DNA from: Nemertoderma westbladi
Lineage: Eukaryota > Animalia > Xenacoelomorpha
DNA length: 64,000 nucleotides
Direction of reading: 5' to 3'
Assembly: GCA_032718475.1 (NCBI GenBank)
Contig: JAUCBJ010008427.1
Coordinates: 1 to 64,000, forward strand
Part shown: positions 24,117 through 36,498 of the stretch, piece by piece
Layout of the letters: the number at the start of each line of letters is the position of its first letter
Numbering within the stretch: position 1 is the first letter of the stretch
Position numbers and translations under genes: made by a program
Notes under the pieces: generated by a model
The model's database searches: none
The model's input: the letters and a program-made list of their open reading frames with translations, nothing else
Told to the model about the DNA's origin: nothing

Positions 24117-25184
24117 TTATTTACGTAGTTGGTTTCCATCAATCCACATATTTCGCTTATTACCCTTAAATCGTACTAAATATTGCTTGCTTTTGTTTTT
24201 TATACGTTCTTTGACTATTTTTTCAATTGGAAAAATATCTGTAGCTTGCTTCACTAGTTGAAGTTCTTCTTCATAGAAGGTGCCCTCAATATCTCTACCA
24301 ACAGAATCAGTTATATGATACATTGGATATGGAAGACGATCTCTTCTAATACATTTTATCTTAAAAATTTCATTTGTCCAGTTCCCAATATATGATTTTT
24401 CAAATACATGTTTAGCAATATTAAGTCGTACACTATCACCTATTTTCAACTTTGGTTTAGAGAGCTTCTTAACTGTACCAAAAAGTTTTAGTCTCACTAT
24501 AGCTTGATTTTGCTTATTTACTTGTAAAGGCTTCATTCCTATTGATTTATGAAATGTATTATTATATGTATTAATAATTTTAGGAAGGATATCTACCCAT
24601 TTAGTATTTCTTCTACGAGTAAATATTTTGAACATCCGTGACTTTAAAGTACAATTAAAACGTTCACAAATTGCGGCTTTGAATTGGGATCGAGTTGTAT
24701 AATAATTCAACTTATTTTTCTTTAGATAAGTCAGTACTATGCGATTATTGAATTCAAGTCCTTGATCACTCACTAAATGACGTGGTTTTCCATCCAAAAA
24801 AATTATTTCTAAAGCTACCTTAATTTCTTTCCCTGTTTTTCGTTTTAGTGGTAATGCCCAACCTTGTTTTGAAAAACAATCAATTGCTGTTATAATATAA
24901 TTGAAACCAGAATTAACATTGCTATATTTCTGCATATCAACCAAATCTGTTTGTATAGTATCTCTTATACCCGAAAAAAACATTCTAGAAGTGGGATAAT
25001 GCCTTCTAGCTGATCTATGAAGAGTGTAGGTCGGTTGACTCGTTAGCCAATTTTTTACAATACTTTGCTTCAACCCGCTCGCTTTGCTTAGTGCTTTTAC
25101 GCCACCAAACCCTGCAGTGTTTGAAATATTGTAGTAAACAGCAGCTAGCCAATGATCTCGTTGGTTCGCCATCACTTTGGTCAT
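24117..25184 (-). CDS. Polinton retroviral-like integrase (rve) with C-terminal chromodomain-like region
   Basis: YTLHR, QTDLVDM, IDCFSK, SDQGLEF, CERFN (D,D,E), WTNEIF, GTFYEEELQ, IEKIV...YLVRFKG. The ORF is open. Confidence 0.95.
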   Translation of the reverse strand: MTKVMANQRDHWLAAVYYNISNTAGFGGVKALSKASGLKQSIVKNWLTSQPTYTLHRSARRHYPTSRMFFSGIRDTIQTDLVDMQKYSNVNSGFNYIITAIDCFSKQGWALPLKRKTGKEIKVALEIIFLDGKPRHLVSDQGLEFNNRIVLTYLKKNKLNYYTTRSQFKAAICERFNCTLKSRMFKIFTRRRNTKWVDILPKIINTYNNTFHKSIGMKPLQVNKQNQAIVRLKLFGTVKKLSKPKLKIGDSVRLNIAKHVFEKSYIGNWTNEIFKIKCIRRDRLPYPMYHITDSVGRDIEGTFYEEELQLVKQATDIFPIEKIVKERIKNKSKQYLVRFKGNKRNMWIDGNQLRK

Positions 25185-25278
25185 AACTACGTTTTTGACT
25201 TATACAATTACACACACAATCACAATTAATTTTCAATCTCATAAACCAAGACATTATTATTAATATTATTACTACTAT

Positions 25279-25506
25279 TTATATATAGTTCAAAAAAGCA
25301 ATGTCGTTTATTGTTTTGATATGTTTTTTAATAGTTATTTGCTTTGAATTCTTGAGTGTCTTCTTCTTCTTCTTTTTCTTCATCTTCTTCTTCTTCTTGA
25401 TATTTTTTAAGAGTTTTGTTTGTAATGCAATAGGTTTAGTATATTTTTGTTGTTCTAATAAATTATGTTGTTCTGGTATTATGAGATACATTTTATGAAA
25501 TGACAT
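25279..25506 (-). CDS. small Lys-rich Polinton protein
   Basis: KMYLI start and poly-Lys tract, tightly packed between core genes. Confidence 0.4.
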   Translation of the reverse strand: MSFHKMYLIIPEQHNLLEQQKYTKPIALQTKLLKNIKKKKKMKKKKKKKTLKNSKQITIKKHIKTINDIAFLNYI

Positions 25507-25508
25507 GG

Positions 25509-25850
25509 TTATGATGCAGCAGATGCGATAGTTGTAGTTACCTCTACAGCTCCAACTATTAAAGGAATAAGGAATGGAAGGAATCCCCCTTTCTGTGATA
25601 ATTTCTTACGATAATCCTTAATATTTGAATGCTTCTTAAAATTTCGCATTTGACTTTTATATGGAGCTAGTTTATTAGCATCGGAAGCTTTGAATCTGAG
25701 ATTTCCATATAAAACATTTAATGTGATATTTATGAGAAAACGAATTAATTCATTACTAGCTTGTGTTCTAATAAATAATCCTCGAGCACGAGGTGTGCTA
25801 TTTTTCAAAAACTCCAACTCAGAACGATGCTTATGAATAATAGACTTCAT
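25509..25850 (-). CDS. small Polinton virion protein with an adenain site and hydrophobic tail
   Basis: NVLYGN and QKGG|FLPFLIPLIVG motifs, typical of the conserved small Polinton ORF near the ATPase. Confidence 0.7.
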   Translation of the reverse strand: MKSIIHKHRSELEFLKNSTPRARGLFIRTQASNELIRFLINITLNVLYGNLRFKASDANKLAPYKSQMRNFKKHSNIKDYRKKLSQKGGFLPFLIPLIVGAVEVTTTIASAAS

Positions 25851-26035
25851 ATTATTAACTTATTTAAAAAAAAAAAGAACATAAAACTTCAAAACAAATA
25901 TTTATTAACTAATACGCTTATAAGTGACAAATTTGCATAAAATATATACACAAACTAATTAATGATAGAAAGTAGCATATTATTGATATTAAAAAATAAT
26001 ATTTCCAAATGATATATTGATCAATATTATTATCA

Positions 26036-26671
26036 TTATTGTAAATAAACACAATGTTTATGTGTAAACAGATGCCCCCGAACACGATAATTATCATTTG
26101 TTAACTGATGAAAATCAATGATTAACGGATGAAATGGTTCTGCAGTTGCATCACGAAAGGTATCAATTAAGAATTTAGGGTTTGTTGGATTCATCTGATA
26201 TGAAAGTACACGAATTTGTGTTTGGTCTCTAGGAATTTTAAAAATAATAAAGTATGTACTATTAATTGAACGAGTTCTTGCTTCTGCTCCTCTTTGATAT
26301 AAGTTTTGTGTTAATAAAATAACTACAGAATGTGTATGTCAAGCAATTTTGGTGAATAATTGTGTAGTTTGCTTTGAACTTTCTAGCTCACTCATAAGAT
26401 CATCAAAAACTAATATTGTATTTCTCTGAATATTTTCATTTAAATTTTCAGGAATTGTATTTAATGTAGTTATATTTATCCCTCTAATGTTAGGTTTTGT
26501 TTGACCATAGAACCATATGATATTATTAGAAGGAGTATCAAATATAGTTTTCCTATTTTGAAGCAGTTTTTCAACAAATGTTGTTTTACCACTTCCAGAT
26601 GGTCCTGCTATTAATATTGTGCTTCCAAATCTAAATCGTACATCAATAGGGTTATGAGATTTGCTAGCCAT
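26036..26671 (-). pseudogene. A32/FtsK-type genome packaging ATPase with one in-frame stop
   Basis: Walker A GPSGSGKT and Walker B LVFDDL. After the TGA at 26339 the frame continues HTHSVVFLLTQNLYQRG...FKIPRDQTQI. Confidence 0.9.
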
Positions 26672-27142
26672 TATTTTATAAAATGTTTATCATTATTATT
26701 AAAAGTTTGATATTTTCTTGCGCTTATTACAATTTTCAAATATAAAATCTATATGAATTTTTTAAAAATAGAATTAGGCTATATATAGGATAACAATTAG
26801 TAACTAAGCCAATATCAAATTAATATAATTACAACAAATTACTATAATGAATGCTACTCCTTATGCATAAGATTACATAAAAATATGACTTTAATTGAGA
26901 TAATAATTCTCATTCAAAACTAATCAAGCATATGATAAAATTGGCTATATATAATATAGTATATTTAAAGCTATTTCTACTTAAGAGTCAGCAAAAACCT
27001 AATTTACTATAAAGAAATGGAGACATTAAGTTTATAAGATAATCATATTTACATATTATTATTTCCTAAAGTTCATTTAATAAATAAAGTATATATAGAA
27101 TACAATAAGATTTAGCGTTTGAATAACAAAATATAAATTATG

Positions 27143-27715
27143 CTAATTGCATATTATATATTTACAAAATAATTTATACACATTATCAAACATAGTTGGA
27201 TGAGTCATAGATACTATCTTACCAGTATGAAAAATACTAAAATATGATGTATTTATGAAGCATCGTATACCACAAAATAGTTCAGGGTTATAATCTAAGT
27301 GAAAGCTATCATTATTTATTTTAAAATATCCACATTTTTCAAGACATTTTCTAAAGTTGATTTCAAGAAAGATAATGCGAGTTTCACTATTTCGTTTTAA
27401 ATTTGCTATTTTCAAACTGGTAAGGTTTGCTATGTAATCAATTTGTAAAAGTAAGTATATTACTACATAGGCCAACGATTGTTATAGCACCACTCTCAAA
27501 AAACATAAAAGTTGCCTCATGATTGCGAAAAATTAACATTTTCGGTTTTGTTACCAAATGACCATCTATTTGTTTAGATAACTGTATTAAATCTAGTTTT
27601 GAAGAGCAGTATGCAGAATATTGTCGATTAACAATTTGATTTAGTTTAGAAGAAATGATTTGTTTGTCTTTCTTTAATGTTGCATTATCATTAGTTTTTA
27701 GTGTTATTCTAAAAA
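27143..27715 (-). pseudogene. TATA-binding protein (TBP)-like gene with two repeats and one frameshift
   Basis: Repeat 1: IVNRQYSAYCSSKLDLIQL...PKMLIFRNHEATFMFFESGAITIVG. Repeat 2: INF...YNPELFCGI...FSIFHTGKIV. The start codon was not identified. Confidence 0.72.
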
Positions 27716-27754
27716 TAGAAGAATAGAATGATTATGAGTTTTCTATTATTAGTT

Positions 27755-30700
27755 TTATGTGTTGATATTATTACTATCATTGTCATAGTTGCTGGCATGT
27801 CCATGTTGCTGCCCTAAAACCACTTGTGGAGCAATGGTTTTAGGTATAATGGGACGAGTTAACTTTGTGATATAGTGTCCATAGGGATAGCTGATATTTT
27901 TATCCTTCCACCAACGTTTAGTCTCCCATAAAGTTAATGATTTCTTATGAATTCGGGCAGTTTTTACTTGATGTTTGTCCGATCTAAAGGCATTGGTATA
28001 CCGAAACAGCTCAGTTTCATTGAAATAGCAATCCAAATAATCTTGATGAGAAATTTGCTTTGCTACAACACTTTTTGATACACTTTTTGAAGTTTTTTTC
28101 TTAGGAGCATCATATGCTTCAAATGAGTATACTTTTGGTTTTAAAAATACCCATGATTTGTAGAGACAGCCTTTTGATTCATCCTTCAAAAAACCTAACG
28201 ATGCTTTATATTTATTTGTATATAGATGATATGAGGTATCATAGTTTGAAGTATCTAAAAACCCACCATTATACATTGCAGTTAAAAATTTATCGTGTGA
28301 AGTATTAGTGATGCTAAGCATGAGGCTATCAGTATCTCCACCACAAGCTCGAATTTGGCATCCTAATTGCTGTTCTATAGGCTTAATTTTAGAGTAGAAA
28401 TAATCATACATTTCCAATTTTGAGAGATCAAGGATAGCTATACCAATCAATACAGCTTGATTTAAAGTTACAGCTTCCTTGCAAAATGTATGTCCAGATA
28501 AATTTGGTGAAAATACAACAAAAGACTCATGATTGGGTTTAGCGACCAATTTTTCACATTCCTCGCTTGATGTTGCTAGCCTAAAATTTATTCTATTACA
28601 CACTTTTTGCAAACATTTCCCATATAGAGCATTATTTAAAAGCTTATAGAACAGAACTTCGAATGGATTTTTGGCAGATTGTCGCTTATTTGTATTAAAA
28701 GCTATATAGTCTCTAAATATGTATTTTTGTGAAAATGAATAAATATTATGAATTTTTGTAATTTTGTAATTTTGAGTCCCATTTTTAGATAAAATTGTAA
28801 TAGTTTAATATGAACTCCATATTCATATTTAGGAAATTGATGAAGTAAAAGTTTGGTGGATACATCATTGTATTTTTTGATGGAAGCATCGTCTCTAATA
28901 TTATAATGCTCCCACTGGTTTTTCATATGTGGGCTGAGAAGAGAAGATGGTACGCTCATCTTCTCAGGACCCAATGGCATATCAATAGTGAGATCTTGAA
29001 CTTTTTTTGGATAATCGAGGCTTACTACACAAAAATATCCAGTATCACCATCAGCATCGATTGTGGCCAAGTCAATTGGTATTGTGACTTTTTTGATGTT
29101 GGCATATGGAAGCTTTTGAGATAGAGCATGACCATAAAGATTGTTTGCATCCACTGGTATCAAATATTTTTCTGGTTTGGAAGAGTCATATTCAGGTTTT
29201 CCAGGGATATTGGCCAACTCCAAATGCGAATTTATAAAAACCATTCCTCCACGGATAGAACATTCAAATTGAGAATAAATGGAAGAATCACTCAATAGCT
29301 CAATTGAAATATCTATGAATTTTAGAGCAGCATCATGTGTTAATCCTGGTGCTGTATAATAATGGAGTGGTTCTAGACTATAGTTAGTTAGGCAGAGTTG
29401 ACGAAACTCTTCGAAAACATCAGCTAGGAGAGTAATATAAAGACAGAGATAGCCCATTAGATAGTCATAGATAGTCTGACATTGAAGTTCATCCCAAGCA
29501 GTGAGTGCACGTTGATAATCTTGAATAGAACAGTCTTCGAGTTTAAGATCATTATAAAAGTCTGCAATAGGAGGTAGTTTGGTTTCATGAAGGTTGGAAA
29601 TATTTTGGATATAGCTATAGGGAAAGACACCTTTATTCTTAATAGTAGAGTCTGTAATGTTTGGATATAGTGCTTTCATTTGAGTTAGCGTATGTGGAAT
29701 AGCTGTGGATAGATTGGAATTGTTGGAGGTAAGATAGCTACTAAGGTTGTCTAAACTAGCAGTCATAAATTGAAATGAGTCCAAAAAATTAAGGCAGATG
29801 GTATCTTTCAATGTGGCAGATTTTGCATTTTCATCTATTGAAATGTTGCTTGTAAATTTATATAATTTTCAGTCGTTTGCGGTATTATATTAAAATGCCA
29901 ATGTTTGCGTGCACTTGTGGTCATGCCTTCCTTTAACAGTATATGTAGGTCATATTTTCGGAGATTATGAAAAATGATGGCAAATTTATTTCTTTTTATT
30001 GATAATTTACGATTACAACTGCTGACGCAAGCAGCACCACGATACTTTCCAGTATAATGGTCATGGTCGCGAACCTTTGTAGTTAAATTTTTAGAAAGGT
30101 CTAGTCCATAAGAGTCAGGAGTAAGGATACAATTACAAGAGTAGCAGTTTGTTGCAAGATTAAAGTTTTGTTGTTCAGTCTGTGTTAAGTGCATGTGTAT
30201 GTTAGTATTTGTGCCAGAGATTGACCATTCATAGAGTTTCCTACAGTGAGATTCTAAAGCAGTTAATAAATCATTTATTACATGATTGGAGCCATCATCT
30301 TTGAAAGTTTGAATTGGAGTAGGTGGTCGGTTTATTAAATTGCGGTTAGGTATAGTATAAAATGCAGCCGCGCTTGCGATGTGTTTTTGAGGAAATTTGG
30401 GGTCTGATATAGGTTCTAGAATAGTTTCTATATCAGAGTAGATGCAGAAAGGAGGAGAAAGTGTTTTATCGAGTCTGTTAAATTTAAGTGTTAGTTTGTC
30501 AGGAGTAGGCATTCGCTCCACTTGTCATTTAGCGGAATAGCAAAGGTCACGGTGTGTTTCTAATGCATTTGACAAATAAAATGGTTGTGTGCAACGCTCA
30601 CAGAAAAACAAACGGTTATGTGAGCCTGTTCTTGTGTTGAATAGGCGGCCCAAGTCTGATACCGCTGAATAATGTCTAAGAAGACTGTTTGTATTGTCAA

Positions 30701-31990
30701 TGAAAAGTAGAGTTAATACAGTTTTATTTAAGCAATGATATTTGTCAGGTTGGCGTAATATTGTAACCGATTTTCGTGCCAGAGGAGTAAGTTTATACAA
30801 TACTTGTTATTATCCTTTTCAAATTTATCAATGCCTGTTTTTATATCTATAGGAAAGGTAAGAGATGAAAAATCGAATTCATTAAGGTAAGGTGTAAATG
30901 TTGAAACTCTGCTAATATTTTGTTTTTTCCTATCAATTTTATGCTGGAAGGCTGTAGCTAAAACTGCATACTGAAAACATTGACCTAATGGACAGTCGAC
31001 GTTAATAGTACACATTTTGCCAGCCAAATTTTTTGGTATCTTTCCGACATTACCTTTAAAATATGCATTGCGATTATAGACAGAAATTTGAATATTAATC
31101 CTATCTATTTGTACTAACCACCAACCAGAACCCATATGTACAAAACTAGCAACTAGCTCATCTATCCTACCAACAGCATTTTGGTACCAACGTTCAAAAT
31201 CATTTTCGGATGTAATTTCGTAATTTTCCCCACTAGATTTGAAACGAAATGTTTCCATTTGCACCCCATCCCCTTGCTCCCGTTCCAAAATTAAAAATAT
31301 TGAAAGCCAAATTTTTATAAAAACACCTAAATTATTCGAAAAATGTTGATTCACCCTCCCCCAAACATAAGGCCTATTGGCCTATTTTCGTTGAGTGTTT
31401 CTTCTATATCTAGATGAGTGGTTGTTAGTTTATTACTATACTCAAATAACCTGTTGTGGGCAGATGTAGTGTTGGGAAAAATTTCTTCAAAATTATTTGG
31501 AGAAGAAGAAGTAGATGGTCCAGCCCCAACTTGTCCCACTGGTGATGACACTGGTGATGTAGATGCAAACACATATTGATGTTTTCTTTTACGTGAGATC
31601 AACTGAGTGTAACAAGAGTGTTCTTTAAAAGAAGAGAGAGTGAATGTTTCACCGCATTTGCAACTCGAAGGTGTCAACGAACCTTCGAGTTGCAAATGCG
31701 GTGAAACATTCACTCTCTCTTCTTTTAAAGAACACTCTTGTTACACTCAGTTGATCTCACGTAAAAGAAAACATCAATATGTGTTTGCATCTACATGAAA
31801 CAGTGAAACCAGTTCCCCCTTCTTCGCAAAGAGATTGGTGTGCGATTGCAGTTTTCTTTTCGGATGTGAAGACATTGCAATTGTCACATTTATATTGTTT
31901 GAAGTGTGTTTGAAGATGATGGCTAAGATTATCGGATCTCATCTCAATTTCGCAGACAGGGCAAACGATTATTCGGGAAGACATAGGCAT
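27755..31990 (-). pseudogene. protein-primed family B DNA polymerase with N-terminal C2H2 fingers, EndoVII-like insert and 3'-5' exonuclease; fragmented
   Basis: CPVC..HLQTH, IYSDIET, VRDHDHYTGKYRGAAC, FHNLRKYD, FLDSFQF, KGVFPY, IRGG, DANNLYG, KLLNNALYGK, GGDTDS, LKPKVYS. Several stops and frameshifts. Confidence 0.93.
31557..31796. repeat. perfect 116-bp fold-back inverted repeat with 8-nt loop
   Basis: 31557-31672 is the exact reverse complement of 31681-31796. The loop is GTCAACGA. Confidence 0.95.
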
Positions 31991-32532
31991 TGTGAATGAA
32001 AAAGTGAACTTGAATTTTCAAATGAAATATAATTTTGCAGTGTAGTAAAGACTTGGTTGATAAAATAATAACTTTGCTGATATAACTTGATGAGAGATAA
32101 ATAGTTGAATTGTTGTAAAGTTTTTTTTTTGTAGAATAACTTTGTTGATACAACTTGATGAGAGATAAATACTTGAATTATTGTAAAGTTTTTGTAGAAT
32201 AACTTGTTGAATTGTTGTATTAGTATGATAATAATAAATTATATTAAATAATAAATGAAAACAATTTATAACAAAAATGTAAAGTTTACTTGAATATGAG
32301 TGATTATTCAAAAGAATGAAAAAACTTTTGCTAAAGACGCTTTATATATGGATTTGTATAAGGATTTGTCCAATCGGAACCAATAGCCAATCAAAAAGTA
32401 GCCAAGAAGTATAGGTTAGCCAATTAGGAAAGGTTTCTTTACATATGGTTTAAAAATAGACTATTGATGCCGTTATGACTGGAAAAATAATCCTTTTATA
32501 ATCCTTTAAAAAATTGTCATTTTATGAAAAGA

Positions 32533-33163
32533 AAATTTTGAATAGTTTCAGAGATTATCTTTAGGTTGATAGCATTGCAATTAAAAATATCAAAGAAAAA
32601 GCGGCATTTGTATTATTGTGTGTTGGAATTAGTGAATCCTATTGATTATGATTGGGTTGCATAAAGGTGTGGTGTAGGCAGACCTAGCAACAAAGTGCCC
32701 TGGTCAGTTTTACAAAAAATTTTGAATAGTTTCAGAGATTATCTTTAGGTTGATAGCATTGCAATTAAAAATATCAAAGAAAAAGCGGCATTTGCATTAT
32801 TGTGTGTTGGAATTAGTGAATCCTATTGATTATGATTGGGTTGCATAAAGGTGTAGTGTAGGCAGACCTAGCAACAAAGTGCCCTGGTAAGTTTTACACT
32901 TTCCAAGTTCTTTCATATTATTCTCGAATCTTGTGTCCTTGACCATGTTGTTATAGCATGAGGTTGATGGAAACAATGTCTAACAAGCTTCAGGTAGAGA
33001 TTCTGTAGGGTGATGCTGGGTCTCAGCAATGGAATGTTGTTTATTCTCGAGTTTTGTGTGCTTGGGCATGTTGTCATAGCATGAGGTTGATGGAAACAAT
33101 GACTAGCAAGCTTTAGGTAGAGATTCTATAGGGTGATGCTGGGTCTCAGCAATGGAATGTTGT
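32533..33163. repeat. two adjacent tandem duplications (about 184 bp x2, then about 123 bp x2)
   Basis: Visible direct repeats in the Polinton non-coding arm. Confidence 0.85.
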
Positions 33164-33761
33164 TGAAGCTGTATAATATTATAGTTGTTTATGTCTGCAT
33201 CCCAAAAAACTTGATGTCTTTCAGAGTTAGGGCTCGATATGGGCTGTCATAGGCTCAACCTTCTGTGTAGAGTAGACCTACTATATCGTTCGATTGATCG
33301 TTACTATATAATCTCTGACAAATATATTTACTTTTGGGGAAATATTAATAGTTACTTTCAGTATAATAATAGTTTAGTTGTATATTTTAGTTGCTAAGAG
33401 ATATGTAAATGGATGAGATGCCAAATTGCTTGAGTTAATGTTTAATATTAAAGTTGAGAATGAATTGCCAAGAATTTGTATACCCGGTAGTGATCATAGC
33501 TGCTATGGTGAAGAATAAGAATATATTTGTCAAACCAAAAATTAGAGTCAATAATTAATAATTAATCATACCTCGTAAACAATGTACTAATGACACTCTT
33601 CATTGTGTGTCTCTAAAGTGTGAAATGAATTAAGCATAAATAAAAGATTAGTCGCGATTTGTGTATGAGATAAAGGATTAATGAGCAATATAATTGCAAT
33701 TAACACTTTGAACACTAGGCTTAATTACGTAGGTGTTGTTTGGTATAAGAATGGGTGTGAT

Positions 33762-33900
33762 TGATTAAGGATTAACATCTACAACAATAGGATTAACACA
33801 TACAACAATAAGATTAACACTCTAGGTGTGAGTGATTAAGAGATTAACACCTACAACAATAGAATTAACACCTGCAACAATAGGATTAACACTCTAGGTG
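33762..33900. repeat. subterminal ~21-bp repeats (GGATTAACACNTACAACAATA-like, about 6 copies) of the Polinton end
   Basis: Visible array about 65 bp inside the ACTACT terminus. Confidence 0.8.
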
Positions 33901-33966
33901 TTTTTGGCACGAAAAAGGTGCGAGTGAGGTCTAAACTGTCGCCATATCCTGGTCCTCTATACTACT

Positions 33967-36200
33967 TATGGGCTGTGAGAATTGGGGGTGGGCCAATTAT
34001 TTGTTCTAATATAATGTCTTCATGGTTTGCGGATTGGCCACGCAGAAGAATTCCCGTGTGCTGGTATGGAATGATGGAGTGAGCGATCCGGGAAAATGAA
34101 ATTTTGGAGCCCGTTATAAAGTTTTTGACATCCGATATGTCGTATTTTGCCATAGATTTTCCTGGTACCACAGATTCTGATTGTGAAAGTTTGTACTTTA
34201 GTTTGATGTTAAAGAGGACCTTTTTGTGGTCCGGTGTGGGATTCACATCCGCACCGTGGATCTCAAATCCACGTCTCACATTCTTGAAAGTTTCACTGAT
34301 GACCTCTGATAGTATTCGTTTCACATTTCTAATTGTAATGTTCAATCCGACAAAGTACCGAAACGGTAGGTTTTCGTCCATGAAACTGTCCAAAGAAAGC
34401 GCCTCAACTTGGAGGCAATCGAGATACGGCGTGTATGAAAGTTTCACTAAAATTTGTATGCTTTCTTTAACAGAGTTACAGAAATGTTGAACGGTCTTCT
34501 GTTTTTTTCTTGGAGGTTCCATTTCCACACAAATCACGTGTGAGTTTTCATAACGGAACTGTCGAGAAAGACAAACATATGAAGTATGAGTGGTAATAAA
34601 CGTTGAATCAAACAATTTTGACAGGAACTAAAGTTCTCGAATTGAGTAATTCTTTTGAAATATAATACATAATAGTAATATATAATAGAGTCAAGCTTTT
34701 TTAGCTGCACAAATATATCAATTTTCATATATAAGTATAAACTCTCTTGTTACAACATGATAAAATTAATCTAATTAAACCATTTGAATTCCGTTTGAAC
34801 ATTGCTAGATATCATGTTGGAGTTTGGTAATGTTAGAGGTATGGCAAATCCCAAAATAATTATAAAGAATGACGAAAAACAGCGTAAATATTGCAATTCA
34901 TATCGTAGTAGTCGAGACACCCGCAAAAAGCTTGACTCTAATCAGTTTCCACTACAGTATATATAGAGCTACTGTACTTGATACAGCAATACTATACAAT
35001 CCAAAACTCCAAAACAAAACAGAAGACAGTTTAAAATTTCTGTAACTCTGTTGAAGAAAGCGTACATCATTTAGATTAGTTAGCTCAGTCAGCAAGGCGT
35101 CAACTATTGATATTTGGAGTGATTGTTTCGCGATGGCCGGTTCGACCCCCCCTCTATTCCAAGCTGTGCTCCCTCCTCACCAGGCCGTATCCGATATATC
35201 GGGTGCTAGTGGGTATCGGTGGTGAAGTGGTGGTATATTCCCCACGTGGTCGCTTATATACATAGGTCGCTTGCAGTAGTTGAGTGGAGTGTATACCATC
35301 AAGTCATCATTGGGTAGCACTATAAAGCTCTAAAGGGTGTGACAAAAAAAACAATCATTTTAAAATGGTCCATAAAAAAATTATGTTGTGAGGTAGAACC
35401 TCAAATTTTGGCACACATATTCCAAATTGGTTCTATTTTCACAAAATATGCGTAATTTTATCCAAAATTTAGAGTAAACGCCAATGTCCCACATAGATTG
35501 GCGCCCAACGGTGTCCATGTGAGGTGTATAGAACAATAATACACGTCCGAGTTAATTCCATAATAAACATTATAATTGTAACAGACAATTTTACCGTACA
35601 CAATAGGGTACATGCCTATGTCTAAACATTTGCAATAAATCATATGATTATACATAACAGGGTATCCAGCCAAGTCATTTTGTAAAAATTCGTAAATGGT
35701 ATAAATCGGCCCTTAAATCTCGCCATTTAGCAAATCTCTCTGTGAGTGGCTGATTGTATTTTAATGTCACAAGGTTGTTTCTGATTGTGCCGGTATATTT
35801 ATTTCCCTCCTACACAATGCTGCTGGGGCTGCCTTCCCTTCCCGGTTATAACAGATGTTGAGATCGGTTATATAAAAGTTTTGTAAACATTTTCTAGGAA
35901 CTAGCATCCCACTGTTGCTATGGAAACCTCATCTGAAGTAATTCTTCATACCACCTGTAACTTGAGATTACTTTACTATGGGTTGGGGTTGCCCACTGTT
36001 CTTTTATAGGATTGCCGTATGACGTCTCGTTGCTATGGTAACAGACATATTCGAAAAGTTAGATTTTGTTCTCCAGCCAGAGTGCACTGGACAATTTTTG
36101 CTCTCAACTCTGTCACTAGTTGTGTATTGCTACTGGCGATATTTTACCAAAGTTTCACCGATGTACCTAGATGGTTGCTATGTTATCACTAAGCAAACCT
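33967..36200 (-). repeat. partial copy B of element Y; gene X exon 1 (ATG at 34522) is cut by the Polinton insertion
   Basis: Direct match to about 9631-12048 and inverted match to 38794-41057. Confidence 0.9.
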
Positions 36201-36498
36201 TATATTTGTTTGTATATTTGTATGTTTTCTATAAGTTTCCGTTTTCCAATAAATGAGCGCACCAACTACCCCCAGGTTAAAATTTACTCCTTACCAGACT
36301 GACATATTTCTGAAAACTACCCCAAAATTTCAACTACTTTTTCAGAATAAGAAGGGCGATAATCGGTAGGTTGTATGAGATTATCAGCAATAATTACGCT
36401 TTGAATATGACCAAATTAATTCTGGAGAAGACAAAGGTGTCACAACTTCAAGGGTGTTTTGCCAGCCACCCCTTCGTCCCTTTCCAGGCTGGCAAATA

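Larger units (their letters stand above)
12070..33966 (-). mobile_element. Polinton/Maverick (endogenous polintovirus), decayed, left terminus missing
   Basis: Complete core gene set. The right end is CTATACTACT (AGTAGT terminus) at 33966. The insertion point is confirmed by empty sites GACACG|(T/A)ATGGG near 9631 and 41057. Confidence 0.95.

Noticed and set aside
32018-32311. Overlapping small ORFs upstream of polB
   Set aside because: Low-complexity ~65-bp repeats in the AT-rich Polinton arm with no recognisable protein features.
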